Program-made: the position numbers and the translations under genes
Shown here: positions 47,837-57,181 of the stretch, one piece after another
Numbering within the stretch: the stretch's first letter is position 1
How the letters are laid out: each line of letters opens with the position of its first letter
Origin: a virus
Length of the DNA stretch: 64,000 nucleotides
IMG/VR virus record: IMGVR_UViG_3300031918_000730
Location: 1 to 64,000 of that record
Strand: one strand, 5' to 3'
Notes under the pieces: model-generated
Told to the model about the DNA's origin: nothing
The model's input: only the letters and a program-made list of their open reading frames with translations
Database searches by the model: none

Positions 47837-47855
47837 ACTCTAAGAAGGAGTTAAC

Positions 47856-49100
47856 ATGGCAAAATCTAGTAAAAAAGAATCGGGCGAGACTGAGGCACCG
47901 AGGAAGAAATTTTCGATTAGGGCGATGATCAATGCCGCGAAGAACGAATACATCTACCCTCGTGGCGATATTAGGGCAAAGACTGACTTCATTGACACAG
48001 GATCGTACCCTCTCAATGCGATTCTGTCAGGTTCTGTGAAGCGAGGACTCCCCGACAATAGAACTGTCATGTTTGCAGGTGAACCTGCGACCGGAAAGAC
48101 GTTTTTCACTCTTCGAATCTGTAAGAGTGCATCTCTAGCTGGTTACTTCATTGTCTACATTGACACTGAAGGTGAAAAGGACGAGGAAATCTTCGCCAAC
48201 TTCGGATTCAAGGGTCGTGGTATCGACTATGAGTTCCTGAAGATTAAGACTATTGAAGACTTGCGTACTCAGATGTACGGAATGATCGACAATTACAAGG
48301 AGTATTTCAAGGGCCTCGACCCGAATAGTCAGGCTTATATTGATCGCGAGAAAATCCTTTTCGTAATCGACTCAATCAGCTTCCTTTCGTCAGAAACCGA
48401 CGAAAAGAATCTAGCAAAGGGTGAATCCAAGCAGAATCTCACACTGAACAAGTCCCTCAAGTCGTTCTTCCGCGACGTGACCATGGACCTGAACATCTGC
48501 AAGGTGCCTCTGATCATCATCAACCACGTCTACGAACTCATGGATGCCAAGGTAGCCAACACGGCCACCATTGACAATGGCAAGAAGATCTCGGGTGGTA
48601 GCGGCGGTGCCTACGGTGCATCTGCTATCATAATGTTGAAGACCAAGGAGTCCAAGACTGATGAGCAAGTGTACTCCGAGAAGGATGGAAAGAATGTAAG
48701 CAAGGCGATTGTGCGAGGAAACTTCTTTACTTGTAAGGCAGTTAAATCTCGATACATCAGAAAAGGTTCTGAGGTTGATATTTACGTTGACTTCTTGACT
48801 GGTATCGCAAAGAACTTTGGATTACAGAAATTCTGCGAAGGTACACTTGTCGAGCCAGTAAGTCGCGGAAACAAGGGCAAATTCTACAAGCTGATTTGTA
48901 AGCCGAAGGACGCAAACGGAGAATATCCTGAAGTCAAGAGTTATGTCAATGAGATTCCTAATTTCATTGACGAGATTGACGAAGTCGTCAAGAAGACTTT
49001 CCAGTTTGGCAACGAAGTTGACGAGAACGGTGAAATAATCGGAGTGGACTTCGATAGCGAAGAAGCAGAACTTACTGAGGCTGACTTCGCTATCGACTAA
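47856..49100 (+). CDS. uvsX: RecA-like recombinase UvsX
   Basis: IDTGSYPLNAILSG, GEPATGKT, YIDTE, VIDSI, NHVY, SGGSG..Y. Confidence 0.95.
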   Translation: MAKSSKKESGETEAPRKKFSIRAMINAAKNEYIYPRGDIRAKTDFIDTGSYPLNAILSGSVKRGLPDNRTVMFAGEPATGKTFFTLRICKSASLAGYFIVYIDTEGEKDEEIFANFGFKGRGIDYEFLKIKTIEDLRTQMYGMIDNYKEYFKGLDPNSQAYIDREKILFVIDSISFLSSETDEKNLAKGESKQNLTLNKSLKSFFRDVTMDLNICKVPLIIINHVYELMDAKVANTATIDNGKKISGGSGGAYGASAIIMLKTKESKTDEQVYSEKDGKNVSKAIVRGNFFTCKAVKSRYIRKGSEVDIYVDFLTGIAKNFGLQKFCEGTLVEPVSRGNKGKFYKLICKPKDANGEYPEVKSYVNEIPNFIDEIDEVVKKTFQFGNEVDENGEIIGVDFDSEEAELTEADFAID

Positions 49101-49119
49101 CACTCCCAAAAGGAGATAG

Positions 49120-50505
49120 ATGTTAGACGTAGCGAATCCAGTAGTAGATTCAGATGATCCATTCAAGACCCTAACTCCGCTAAACTTTGAGGATATTGTC
49201 ATCAAGACACTATTCCAAAGGCCGGAGTTAGGTTCTAAGATTTTCCCCAAGCTCTCCAGATCTACAATGGTGAGTGAAGAGAATGGGAAGATCATAGAAA
49301 CAGTCAAGAAGTTCTTTACTGAGCAGGGTAGATACCCCGGAGTGAAGGAGTTCTATGATCTGTACTTGACTGATGAGAATGTGAAGACTAAGTTCAGGGA
49401 CTTGGGTTCGATTTCCATCAGAAACTATGACGATGAATTCCTGAAGGATAAACTTCAGGAGTTCGTTCGTATGAGATTGACATTTAGTAGATTGATGGAG
49501 GCCAGTGCCAAGATCAAGACTACTGGCGACGTGACTGCGATTGACGCTAAGGTATTGGAAGGATTTTCTGATGCTGTGTCGTTCACGATTGAATCTAAGA
49601 CAGGTATTTCTGCAAAGAAGGACATGTCTTCATTCGTCGAGTATCTGAACGCTCCGAATTCCTTCATCCCTACATTCTCTCCAACACTCAATCACTATAT
49701 GGGTGGAGGATATGCATCTAAGGCGTTGACAGTATGGTACGGTGAGTCGAATATGGGTAAGACCACTTACCTATGTAATGACTCTGCATATATCTTCTCG
49801 CAAGGTTATGACGTATTGTATATCAGCCTTGAGATGGATAAGCAGGAAATCATGAAGAAGATTGTAGCTAATCTTCTTGAGATTCCAGTCCACTCGCTGA
49901 AGAACTACGACGTTAAGTTCTTCGAAGACAAGATCAGAGAGATCAGTAAATCAGATCTTCGTATTCTTGAATGGCCTTCATTCGAAGTCAATTCAATCGA
50001 CATCCTGAATTCCATCAGGGATCTTCAGGTTAAAGAGGGTTTCAAGCCCCATATCATCGTACTCGACTACATTAATTGCATGACCACTAATCGCGCAAGT
50101 GGCGCAGGTGGTAAGAAGCACGAAGACCTTGGATACATTACCAAGGAAATCGAGAATCTCGCAAAGCAACTAGATGTTCCTGTTGTCACTTGTTCTCAGT
50201 TCAACAGAAACGGCTACGGAAATACCAAAGCTGGTGCCAAAGATGTAGGTGAGTCAATTGACATTTACAAGTATTCTGCCAACGGCATCGCCATCCTCCG
50301 CGACCCCGTGATGATCGCCAACGGCCTCTACGAGCTAAACATCATCAAAAATCGTTACGGACCCAAGGACGTTGCGTTCCTAGCCCGAGGTTATGCTGAT
50401 ATAATGAAGTTCAGAGACGCGAATGACGACGAAATCCAACGCTTCAAGATTACTACGGGAGATAACAGTGGAACAGTTGATGAAGCGAGGAATTTCCCAA
50501 GATGA
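49120..50505 (+). CDS. gp41: Replicative DnaB-like helicase (T4 gp41)
   Basis: GESNMGKT, YISLEM, LDYIN, SQFNRNG, GES, KNRYG. Confidence 0.93.
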   Translation: MLDVANPVVDSDDPFKTLTPLNFEDIVIKTLFQRPELGSKIFPKLSRSTMVSEENGKIIETVKKFFTEQGRYPGVKEFYDLYLTDENVKTKFRDLGSISIRNYDDEFLKDKLQEFVRMRLTFSRLMEASAKIKTTGDVTAIDAKVLEGFSDAVSFTIESKTGISAKKDMSSFVEYLNAPNSFIPTFSPTLNHYMGGGYASKALTVWYGESNMGKTTYLCNDSAYIFSQGYDVLYISLEMDKQEIMKKIVANLLEIPVHSLKNYDVKFFEDKIREISKSDLRILEWPSFEVNSIDILNSIRDLQVKEGFKPHIIVLDYINCMTTNRASGAGGKKHEDLGYITKEIENLAKQLDVPVVTCSQFNRNGYGNTKAGAKDVGESIDIYKYSANGIAILRDPVMIANGLYELNIIKNRYGPKDVAFLARGYADIMKFRDANDDEIQRFKITTGDNSGTVDEARNFPR

Positions 50506-50798
50506 TTGTAAGTAACTGGATTGATGTAATTAATGAGCGTTTCTTAGCCTATGGTATGAGCCTTTCTTCCGATGAGTCAATTCTGACTTCGAAGAAGATA
50601 GCTTTCAATCAAGTCCTAAGAGATCTCAAGCAGAAATATCCACATAAGAAGCTATGGCATATAATTCTCTCTATGAGAGATCACTATGAAATAGAGTTCT
50701 TGATAGATTTGCTCGACGATGAGAATAGACTTGAGATACGAAGTGAAGTGGCAGAGGACAACGGGCTAATTCTAGCTAAGAAAAGGAAAAGGCACTAA
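50502..50798 (+). CDS. Late-transcription coactivator (T4 gp33-like)
   Basis: C-terminal LLDDENRLEIRSEVAEDNGL resembles gp33 IIEKIQSEAIDENLL; ~100 aa; next to gp32. Confidence 0.5.
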   Translation: MIVSNWIDVINERFLAYGMSLSSDESILTSKKIAFNQVLRDLKQKYPHKKLWHIILSMRDHYEIEFLIDLLDDENRLEIRSEVAEDNGLILAKKRKRH

Positions 50799-50799
50799 C

Positions 50800-51906
50800 A
50801 TGGATTCGTTTACCGACTTTGATGCACAATTTGAACAGACACTAGCACTCGTAAATGGTGGTGGTTCGGGCGAGGATCAGCGTGATCCTAATCAGTTCCG
50901 TCCGTCTGTCAACGATAAGAGGGGCGAGTATCTCGCAACTGTAAGATTCATTCCTCCTGCAAGCGGCCCGATGTTCGTAAAGAAGGTCGTCCACTTCATG
51001 AAGATTGGAAATCGCACAGTTCGAGTCATTTGTCCCAAGACTCTTGACGAGAAGACCAAATGCGATATTTGCTCAGACAATATCCAAGCACACCGTTCCA
51101 AGGTTCCCGCACTTGTCGCAAGGGCGAAGGATCACGGAAACAAGACTCGTTTCGTTGCGAACGTCCTCGTTATTGAGGATAGCGTATACCCCGAGAATGT
51201 AGGTCGCGTGATGTGGTGGGAATTCCCCAACCAAGTCATGGAGTACATTGAGAAGTTGAAGAATCCGCCTAATTCGCGTATTCCGTCCATCAACGCATTC
51301 CACCCTACCAAGGGCGCGGATTTCTTCCTTTGCATGAAGAAGGTCGATGGATTCACCAAGTACGATGGATCTCAGTTCCTCGTCAGTGGCGGTGCAACTG
51401 CTATTGGTGATGACAACTACATCGCACAGGTTCGTTCTCTTTGCCATGACATCCAAGGTCAAATCGTTCTCCCTTCGCAAGAAGAGATCTCCGATATTTT
51501 GGCTAAGGTTGGAAGTGAACCAGTCGCAGGAGTTCAGAAGACCTACAGCAATTTGGGTAGTTCCTTTGCTGGCACCCCGGCACCTAACGTCGGTGGGTTC
51601 GCACCCGCTTACGCACAGGCCGCACCAGTAGACGAATTCGATCAGGCGTTTAGTCAGGCAGGACAGGTTGCTCCTAGCGTGGGTGGCTTCGGAGCAGGCG
51701 CACAGTCTCGCCCAGCCCTTCAGGCACAGGCACCTGCCCAGAATGCACCGAAGCCACAGATGGCCGTCCCAGCACGCCCTGCGTTGCAGACTGCCGAGAG
51801 CATGTTGCCTCCAGCACAGACTCGCGTGACTCCGCTCCCAGTAACTCCAGCAACTCCACAGCCTCATGCAAATGTACCTGTTGATAGCGAAGAGTGGTTC
51901 AAGTAA
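50800..51906 (+). CDS. gp32: Single-stranded DNA-binding protein (T4 gp32)
   Basis: ATVRFIP, H..ICPKTL..KCDIC zinc site, ANVLVIED..PENVGRV, GADF..YDGSQF. Confidence 0.92.
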   Translation: MDSFTDFDAQFEQTLALVNGGGSGEDQRDPNQFRPSVNDKRGEYLATVRFIPPASGPMFVKKVVHFMKIGNRTVRVICPKTLDEKTKCDICSDNIQAHRSKVPALVARAKDHGNKTRFVANVLVIEDSVYPENVGRVMWWEFPNQVMEYIEKLKNPPNSRIPSINAFHPTKGADFFLCMKKVDGFTKYDGSQFLVSGGATAIGDDNYIAQVRSLCHDIQGQIVLPSQEEISDILAKVGSEPVAGVQKTYSNLGSSFAGTPAPNVGGFAPAYAQAAPVDEFDQAFSQAGQVAPSVGGFGAGAQSRPALQAQAPAQNAPKPQMAVPARPALQTAESMLPPAQTRVTPLPVTPATPQPHANVPVDSEEWFK

Positions 51907-51934
51907 AAAACGCTGAACGAGTGATGTAAATATG

Positions 51935-51960
51935 GGGGAAGGGTAACCTTCCCCTTTTCT
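51935..51960 (+). terminator. Rho-independent terminator
   Basis: GGGGAAGG-GTAA-CCTTCCCC-TTTT. Confidence 0.9.
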
Positions 51961-51974
51961 ATTTTGGAGATTTC

Positions 51975-52526
51975 ATGAAAACTGGTAAGCGAGGAACTAT
52001 ATTCACCAACCTGCATCTGAACAGGCACGAATTATATAGGATGTACATTATGACTATAAGTACGTTCGGAAGATCATCACATATTAAGCAACTTGAACAG
52101 GTAGCTCTTGAGTTAACTCAAGCAACTTACGATTTTAATGACATAGCCAGTATCAATACTGCAATATCTGCACTGATTAAGTTTAGAAATAAACAATCTA
52201 GAAACTTAAGTAGATTGACGCTTGACATTAACGACTTCAAGCGAGAGCACAATTCGGTAGTGGCCGCATTATGTGGACTTAGGCAATTGGAATTGAAGGC
52301 AAATGACATGCCACCAGACATGATAAATGAAGTAATGGAATATGAGAATGACAATAGCAACCCAGACATAAGGGCTATTAGGTCGTTACTGATTGCCGAA
52401 GTGGAATTAATGAAGACGATCTATGAATTGTATCATACTAGATTCAAATGCGAATCACTATGCAAGGTAACTAAGTCCATCGTAAGTCGACTCAATCGCC
52501 ACAGGGAGTCGCTCAGGGCCAAGTAG
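51975..52526 (+). CDS. Hypothetical protein
   Basis: 183 aa ORF, SD GGAG. Confidence 0.55.
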   Translation: MKTGKRGTIFTNLHLNRHELYRMYIMTISTFGRSSHIKQLEQVALELTQATYDFNDIASINTAISALIKFRNKQSRNLSRLTLDINDFKREHNSVVAALCGLRQLELKANDMPPDMINEVMEYENDNSNPDIRAIRSLLIAEVELMKTIYELYHTRFKCESLCKVTKSIVSRLNRHRESLRAK

Positions 52527-52527
52527 T

Positions 52528-52536
52528 TGCTACAAT
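52528..52536 (+). promoter_or_regulatory. Extended -10 TGCTACAAT, leaderless spacing (primase)
   Basis: 7 nt to ATG 52544. Confidence 0.7.
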
Positions 52537-52543
52537 CCTCTAC

Positions 52544-53677
52544 ATGGAGGAAAGCAACGTCTTCGTGTCCCATTGGAACCATGCGGTAACCACCCCGCCA
52601 TCTAAGTTCCATGAGTACTTGACTAAATTCGGGGTAGAGGGTATTGAACCCAAGGGTAGGAAATTCCTATTCAGATGCCCTATATGCGGTGACTCTGCAA
52701 CTATTAAGTCGAAGAAGCGTGGATACTTAATCACGAATATCGACGGTAATGGCGCAATGGGATGTCATAACTGCGGATACAAATCATCATTCTCTAATTT
52801 CCTGAAGAACGAGAGCATTGGACTATACCGACAGTGGATACAGGATGTATTTGTAGGTATTTCACTAGACGACAGGGTACAGGAAGACAATCTCAACTAT
52901 GTAGAAGTTGCACTGAACGAGGAAGTGGTAGATTACTCACTATTTCTCCCATTGGCCAAGGTCAGCAACTCGCAGACATATAAAAAGGCAATGGAATTCG
53001 TATGCAGTAGGAAAATACCAAGGAAGCACGCGAGGCACTTCCTATATTGTGAGTCTGGAAAATACGCCAATCGAGTAATTATCCCCCACTACAATAAAGA
53101 CATGACATATAAGCACTTCGAAGCAAGAGATTTGCGCCCGAAGCCATTCGTCAAGTACCTATATCCAGAGAACTGGACTCCAAATAATTACAATCTTCCA
53201 CATCTCGACTTAGGCGTTCCATATTTCGCATTCGAGGGCGTGATAGACAGTCAATTCCTGAATAATTCAGGTGCATGTGGTGGCGCTCAGAAGTACGGAT
53301 ACTTCTTCGAGGCAATTCATAGGTCACTTCATCGCAATGGAATTGTATTCGCTGACGGAGACGAAGATGGAGTGCGAGTTTCCTTCAAGTATTTGAAGAA
53401 GGGCTTTAAGGTCTTCAAGTGGACCCGAGAGATGTTAGCTCTTGGAGTACATGACCTGAATGGACTTATCCAAAAAGGCTTTTTCAAGCCAGATGAGATG
53501 AATGCTGACGGAACGGTTAAGACTGAAGTGATAATGAAGCATGTGATCGAGCCTACAATTGGCGAAATACTATGCTTTCAGATGGATGCGCTTGATTTGG
53601 GTGTAAATGTTCTAGAAAGGAAACAGGATGTTAAGTTTGTTAAGCAAGAACGTCAAGATAATTGGTTTACATGGTAG
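52544..53677 (+). CDS. gp61: DNA primase (T4 gp61)
   Basis: FRCPICGDS..K.RGY..CHNCG; RVIIP; FEGVIDS; DGDEDG TOPRIM; DLN. Confidence 0.93.
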   Translation: MEESNVFVSHWNHAVTTPPSKFHEYLTKFGVEGIEPKGRKFLFRCPICGDSATIKSKKRGYLITNIDGNGAMGCHNCGYKSSFSNFLKNESIGLYRQWIQDVFVGISLDDRVQEDNLNYVEVALNEEVVDYSLFLPLAKVSNSQTYKKAMEFVCSRKIPRKHARHFLYCESGKYANRVIIPHYNKDMTYKHFEARDLRPKPFVKYLYPENWTPNNYNLPHLDLGVPYFAFEGVIDSQFLNNSGACGGAQKYGYFFEAIHRSLHRNGIVFADGDEDGVRVSFKYLKKGFKVFKWTREMLALGVHDLNGLIQKGFFKPDEMNADGTVKTEVIMKHVIEPTIGEILCFQMDALDLGVNVLERKQDVKFVKQERQDNWFTW

Positions 53678-54185
53678 GGCTGGATCTGGAAAAGATTTCA
53701 TAGCTTCAAACTGTCTACCTGACTATTTTAAGGTGGCTCTAGCTAACCATTTCAAAATAGATATTGTGAGGAAACACATATTTACATACGAGGAAGTATT
53801 CGAAACCAAACCATCACACGTTAGACATAGACTACAACAGATAGGTACTGAAGAAGGCCGTGATGTATATGGTGAGAATGTATGGTGCGACGCACTTGAA
53901 GCATGGATGCATCAGATAAATCTATCGAATAATGTATCTAGATTTGTAGTTGCAGATTTAAGATTTAACAATGAAGCTGAATGGGTGAAGTCTTTAGGTG
54001 GGGTGGTGATAAAGGTTCAATCTGATAGGGGTCGATCCGGAATGGACGAGACTGCACTTAAACATTCATCCGAAAAAGGAATAGACGAATCCTTGATTGA
54101 CAATTTTGTAATCAATGACGAAGGAACTGACATTGTCAGTCTAAAATGGCAACTCGAAAAAATCAAGGAGTTTAACGGACTATGA
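53628..54185 (+). CDS. Deoxynucleoside monophosphate kinase (T4 gp1-like)
   Basis: IGLHGRAGSGKD, R..LQQIGTE.GR, DLRFNNE, HSSE. Confidence 0.88.
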   Translation: MLSLLSKNVKIIGLHGRAGSGKDFIASNCLPDYFKVALANHFKIDIVRKHIFTYEEVFETKPSHVRHRLQQIGTEEGRDVYGENVWCDALEAWMHQINLSNNVSRFVVADLRFNNEAEWVKSLGGVVIKVQSDRGRSGMDETALKHSSEKGIDESLIDNFVINDEGTDIVSLKWQLEKIKEFNGL

Positions 54186-54910
54186 AAATACAAACAATTC
54201 TATTCGACCTAGATAATACACTGGTTCGGTGTATGTTGTATTATGAGTTCATTAGGAAGAATATGTATTCTGTACTTGCCTCAGAATCTGGTCTTAGTGT
54301 TGATGAGGTTTCGGAACTATTCAACGAAGTTGAGTCTGTTAGGGTTAAAAAGACTGACGGATTTAGTAAGCAAGCGTTTTTGGATTCTGTCAACTCTGTC
54401 AGGGTTTCTATATATTCAATATTGAAAAAGTCAAATGAATTAAGTGCAGAAAAATTTTACTCGTCTGATATTTCATTTAAGTTACTAAATCTAGCCGCAA
54501 GTGTATATGAAGCTCCCTATTCAATGTACGATGACGTATTGAATTCACTTGAATTTATTAAAAATCTTGGAATTTCGATGCATGTAGTGACAAAGGGGAG
54601 TTTCTACGGACAGTCTAGAAAGGCCGCAATGTTCGGGGAGATATTTGATGGCCTGTTCGTATTACCTCGTAAGGATGTCGACACATGGAACGGCGTCATT
54701 GAGTCAATGCAATTAGATAGAACAACTACATTAGTGGTAGGTGATTCTGTTAAAGATGACATAAACCCAGCAATATTAAATAAACTAATGGCTATACGAA
54801 TCGAGCGACACCCTACTACTTGGATAGGAGATCCATTGACGAACCCACTAGAAGATGTGAAAGTTATTAAAACACTATATGATCTTGTAGACCTACTAAA
54901 AGCCGACTAA
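54182..54910 (+). CDS. HAD-superfamily hydrolase
   Basis: FDLDNTL, VTKG..Q..K, VGDSVKDDI. Confidence 0.85.
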   Translation: MKIQTILFDLDNTLVRCMLYYEFIRKNMYSVLASESGLSVDEVSELFNEVESVRVKKTDGFSKQAFLDSVNSVRVSIYSILKKSNELSAEKFYSSDISFKLLNLAASVYEAPYSMYDDVLNSLEFIKNLGISMHVVTKGSFYGQSRKAAMFGEIFDGLFVLPRKDVDTWNGVIESMQLDRTTTLVVGDSVKDDINPAILNKLMAIRIERHPTTWIGDPLTNPLEDVKVIKTLYDLVDLLKAD

Positions 54911-54916
54911 TATCAA

Positions 54917-54945
54917 AGGCGACACTCCATGTCGCCTCTTTTTTT
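54917..54945 (+). terminator. Rho-independent terminator
   Basis: AGGCGACA-CTCCA-TGTCGCCT then T-tract. Confidence 0.85.
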
Positions 54946-54973
54946 CTACTAAGTTACGCATTTTCGTATCCCA

Positions 54974-54979
54974 TAAATA
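54974..54979 (+). promoter_or_regulatory. Late promoter, leaderless spacing (HNH)
   Basis: 5 nt to ATG 54985. Confidence 0.7.
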
Positions 54980-54984
54980 CATGA

Positions 54985-55617
54985 ATGCAAGCCACTTCGA
55001 TAAGAAAATGCCCACGATGTAGTAGAGAATTAGCGTTATCTAGTTTCTATGTGAATAAGAAAACTGGTAGAGTATATTCGTATTGTAAGCAATGTAACAA
55101 TGAAATGAGTAGAAATAGAGATAAAGAAAAAACAAAGAAATATAATAAACTAAAATACTTAAAGAATAAGGAAGAGTATAATAAGAATAGCTCTGAAAAT
55201 TATTACGCGAATCAACAGAAATACATTGACTATGCCATTAAGAGAGAAGCCATTAGGAAACTTGAGGAGCCTAAGTATGCATTCACTAGGAGACTTAGGG
55301 ATAGGATCAGAAAATCGTTCAGGCGACTAAGTGTAAATGGAAAAGTTAAGTCATGTAAAGAATATGGAATCGACTTCGAAGAAATCTATTTACATTTAGG
55401 CGAAAAGCCTAGTGAGAATTTCGAATTAGATCACATTATTCCATTAAGTGTTTTTAACCTTGACATCGCTGAGCATGTCAAGTTAGCTAATTCTAAGTAC
55501 AACTTGAGATGGATTAGTTGCTCAGATAATAGAAAAAAGCACACTACGATCCCAGCAATCGCATATGAAGATGATAAACTTAGAGATATTTTAGTGGCTA
55601 TAGGTTTGTTAGAATAG
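54985..55617 (+). CDS. Free-standing HNH homing-type endonuclease
   Basis: CPRC..CKQC zinc finger; ELDHIIPL...NLRW...NRKK; AT-rich. Confidence 0.85.
   Translation: MQATSIRKCPRCSRELALSSFYVNKKTGRVYSYCKQCNNEMSRNRDKEKTKKYNKLKYLKNKEEYNKNSSENYYANQQKYIDYAIKREAIRKLEEPKYAFTRRLRDRIRKSFRRLSVNGKVKSCKEYGIDFEEIYLHLGEKPSENFELDHIIPLSVFNLDIAEHVKLANSKYNLRWISCSDNRKKHTTIPAIAYEDDKLRDILVAIGLLE
55607..55615 (+). promoter_or_regulatory. Extended -10 TGTTAGAAT, leaderless spacing (RuvC)
   Basis: 6 nt to ATG 55622. Confidence 0.65.
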
Positions 55618-55621
55618 GTAC

Positions 55622-56422
55622 ATGCGCATATTAGGACTTGACTTAAGTATTACATCCCCCGGCTTCTGCATAATGGACGTTAATGAGGACGATGGATATA
55701 GAATCCGACAAATCGACCTTCATGGCTTCACGAAGACTGACAAGTGGAAGTTTGAAGGAGATGGCCTAATAATCCACCAATTCCCGAAAGACTATAACCA
55801 ACACCCTTCACACTACAGACCTACACTGGTGTACGATATAGTGGAACCTTACCTGAAAGAGATTGACTATGTAGCCATCGAAGACTACGCTTTCGGTGCT
55901 AAGGGTAAGGTATTTGACTTGGCGGAATTCGCAGGGTCTATGAAAAACTACATGTACGATAGAAGAATACCTATCAAGAAGTTCCCCCCTATGACAGTGA
56001 AGCTATGTGCGGCAGGTAGCGGAGCGGCTGACAAGGTACTCATGGGAATGAGCTTCAAGGCATCTAGCCTATCTAAGTTGGTAAATCCGTATTTGTTCAT
56101 GCTCCCTGAGTACGATAACCCGCAAGAGGACTTGGTAGATGCAATCTATATGGCAAATACTCTAAGGGCTGAAATATGCTACATGGCAACAGGAGCTTTT
56201 CCAGTTGATCTCGGAATGAATGTGAATAATTGCGCAACTGCAATTCTATTGGGTAAGAAGGGGGCTAAGACTAAGCCTTCAATTGAACATCCACTCATCA
56301 CATTCGGAGCATTCACTAGAGTTAAGAAAGAGAAGAAGGTCAAGAAGAGTGACGCCGAGGTTGAAGTAAAGGTATCTAAGAAACGAGAACCTAAGAAGAA
56401 GCTGATAGTGCCCAAGCAATAA
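55622..56422 (+). CDS. ruvC: RuvC-like Holliday junction resolvase
   Basis: ILGLDLS..G, AIEDYAF, LAE.AG, PMTVK...GAADK, DLVDA. Confidence 0.85.
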   Translation: MRILGLDLSITSPGFCIMDVNEDDGYRIRQIDLHGFTKTDKWKFEGDGLIIHQFPKDYNQHPSHYRPTLVYDIVEPYLKEIDYVAIEDYAFGAKGKVFDLAEFAGSMKNYMYDRRIPIKKFPPMTVKLCAAGSGAADKVLMGMSFKASSLSKLVNPYLFMLPEYDNPQEDLVDAIYMANTLRAEICYMATGAFPVDLGMNVNNCATAILLGKKGAKTKPSIEHPLITFGAFTRVKKEKKVKKSDAEVEVKVSKKREPKKKLIVPKQ

Positions 56423-56425
56423 ATA
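56420..56425 (+). promoter_or_regulatory. Late promoter, leaderless spacing (NTase)
   Basis: 6 nt to ATG 56432. Confidence 0.65.
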
Positions 56426-56431
56426 AACAAT

Positions 56432-57163
56432 ATGATCGATTATCTAGAACTACTTGAAGAGGATGTTAATCCTGAAGACGTTGACGTTTCTTCTATTAAG
56501 TTTCATACTGAACTGAATCCTGCAATATGGGCTAGAGTCGACGGAGAATATCTAATCAGGGATGACGTTAAGACTAAGTTACTTGCAATAGCTGATAAGT
56601 TTTCTGATTTTATTAGATTCAAGGGTTCGAAATTCAACATATTGGATATTGAATTGACAGGATCTAATTGTAATTTCAATTATACTCCAACTAGCGATCT
56701 AGATATGCATTTGATTGTGGACTATTCAAGTGTAGGCAGTGAAACAGATCTAGTTTCTCAGTACCTATACGACAAGAAGATACTATGGTCGATGAAATAC
56801 GACGTGAAGATCAAAACAATACCAGTAGAATGCTATGCGGCTGACTCTGAACAAGATAGAGTCAAGGGTGCGGCATACTATAGTCTAATGAACGGTGAGT
56901 GGGTCGTAAAGCCTGACAGAAATAACATTGTAGTCGATCTTTCTGCAGTAAAGGAAAAAGCCGCAGAGGTGATGGATACTGTAGACAAGTGCCAAACCAT
57001 CGAGCAGTTGGAGAAACTGCAAGAGAAGTTGTGGCGCATGAGATACACCGGACTACATAGTAGCGGGGAGTTCTCAACCGAGACGCTCGTCTACAAGATA
57101 TTGCGTAATAATGGCACTCTAGCGAAGATCAAGAGCCGCATCGCCAGCCTCGACCGCTTCTAG
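56432..57163 (+). CDS. Pol-beta superfamily nucleotidyltransferase
   Basis: LTGSNCNFNYTPTSDLDMHLI; GEFSTETLVYKILR. Confidence 0.8.
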   Translation: MIDYLELLEEDVNPEDVDVSSIKFHTELNPAIWARVDGEYLIRDDVKTKLLAIADKFSDFIRFKGSKFNILDIELTGSNCNFNYTPTSDLDMHLIVDYSSVGSETDLVSQYLYDKKILWSMKYDVKIKTIPVECYAADSEQDRVKGAAYYSLMNGEWVVKPDRNNIVVDLSAVKEKAAEVMDTVDKCQTIEQLEKLQEKLWRMRYTGLHSSGEFSTETLVYKILRNNGTLAKIKSRIASLDRF

Positions 57164-57166
57164 TCT

Positions 57167-57175
57167 TGCTACCAT
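57167..57175 (+). promoter_or_regulatory. Extended -10 TGCTACCAT, leaderless spacing (rnh)
   Basis: 6 nt to ATG 57182. Confidence 0.7.
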
Positions 57176-57181
57176 AAAGAC

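Noticed and set aside
51073-51867. 264-aa antisense ORF in gp32 and other short antisense or overlapping ORFs
   Set aside because: Explained by codon bias of well-supported genes on the opposite strand or frame; no motifs
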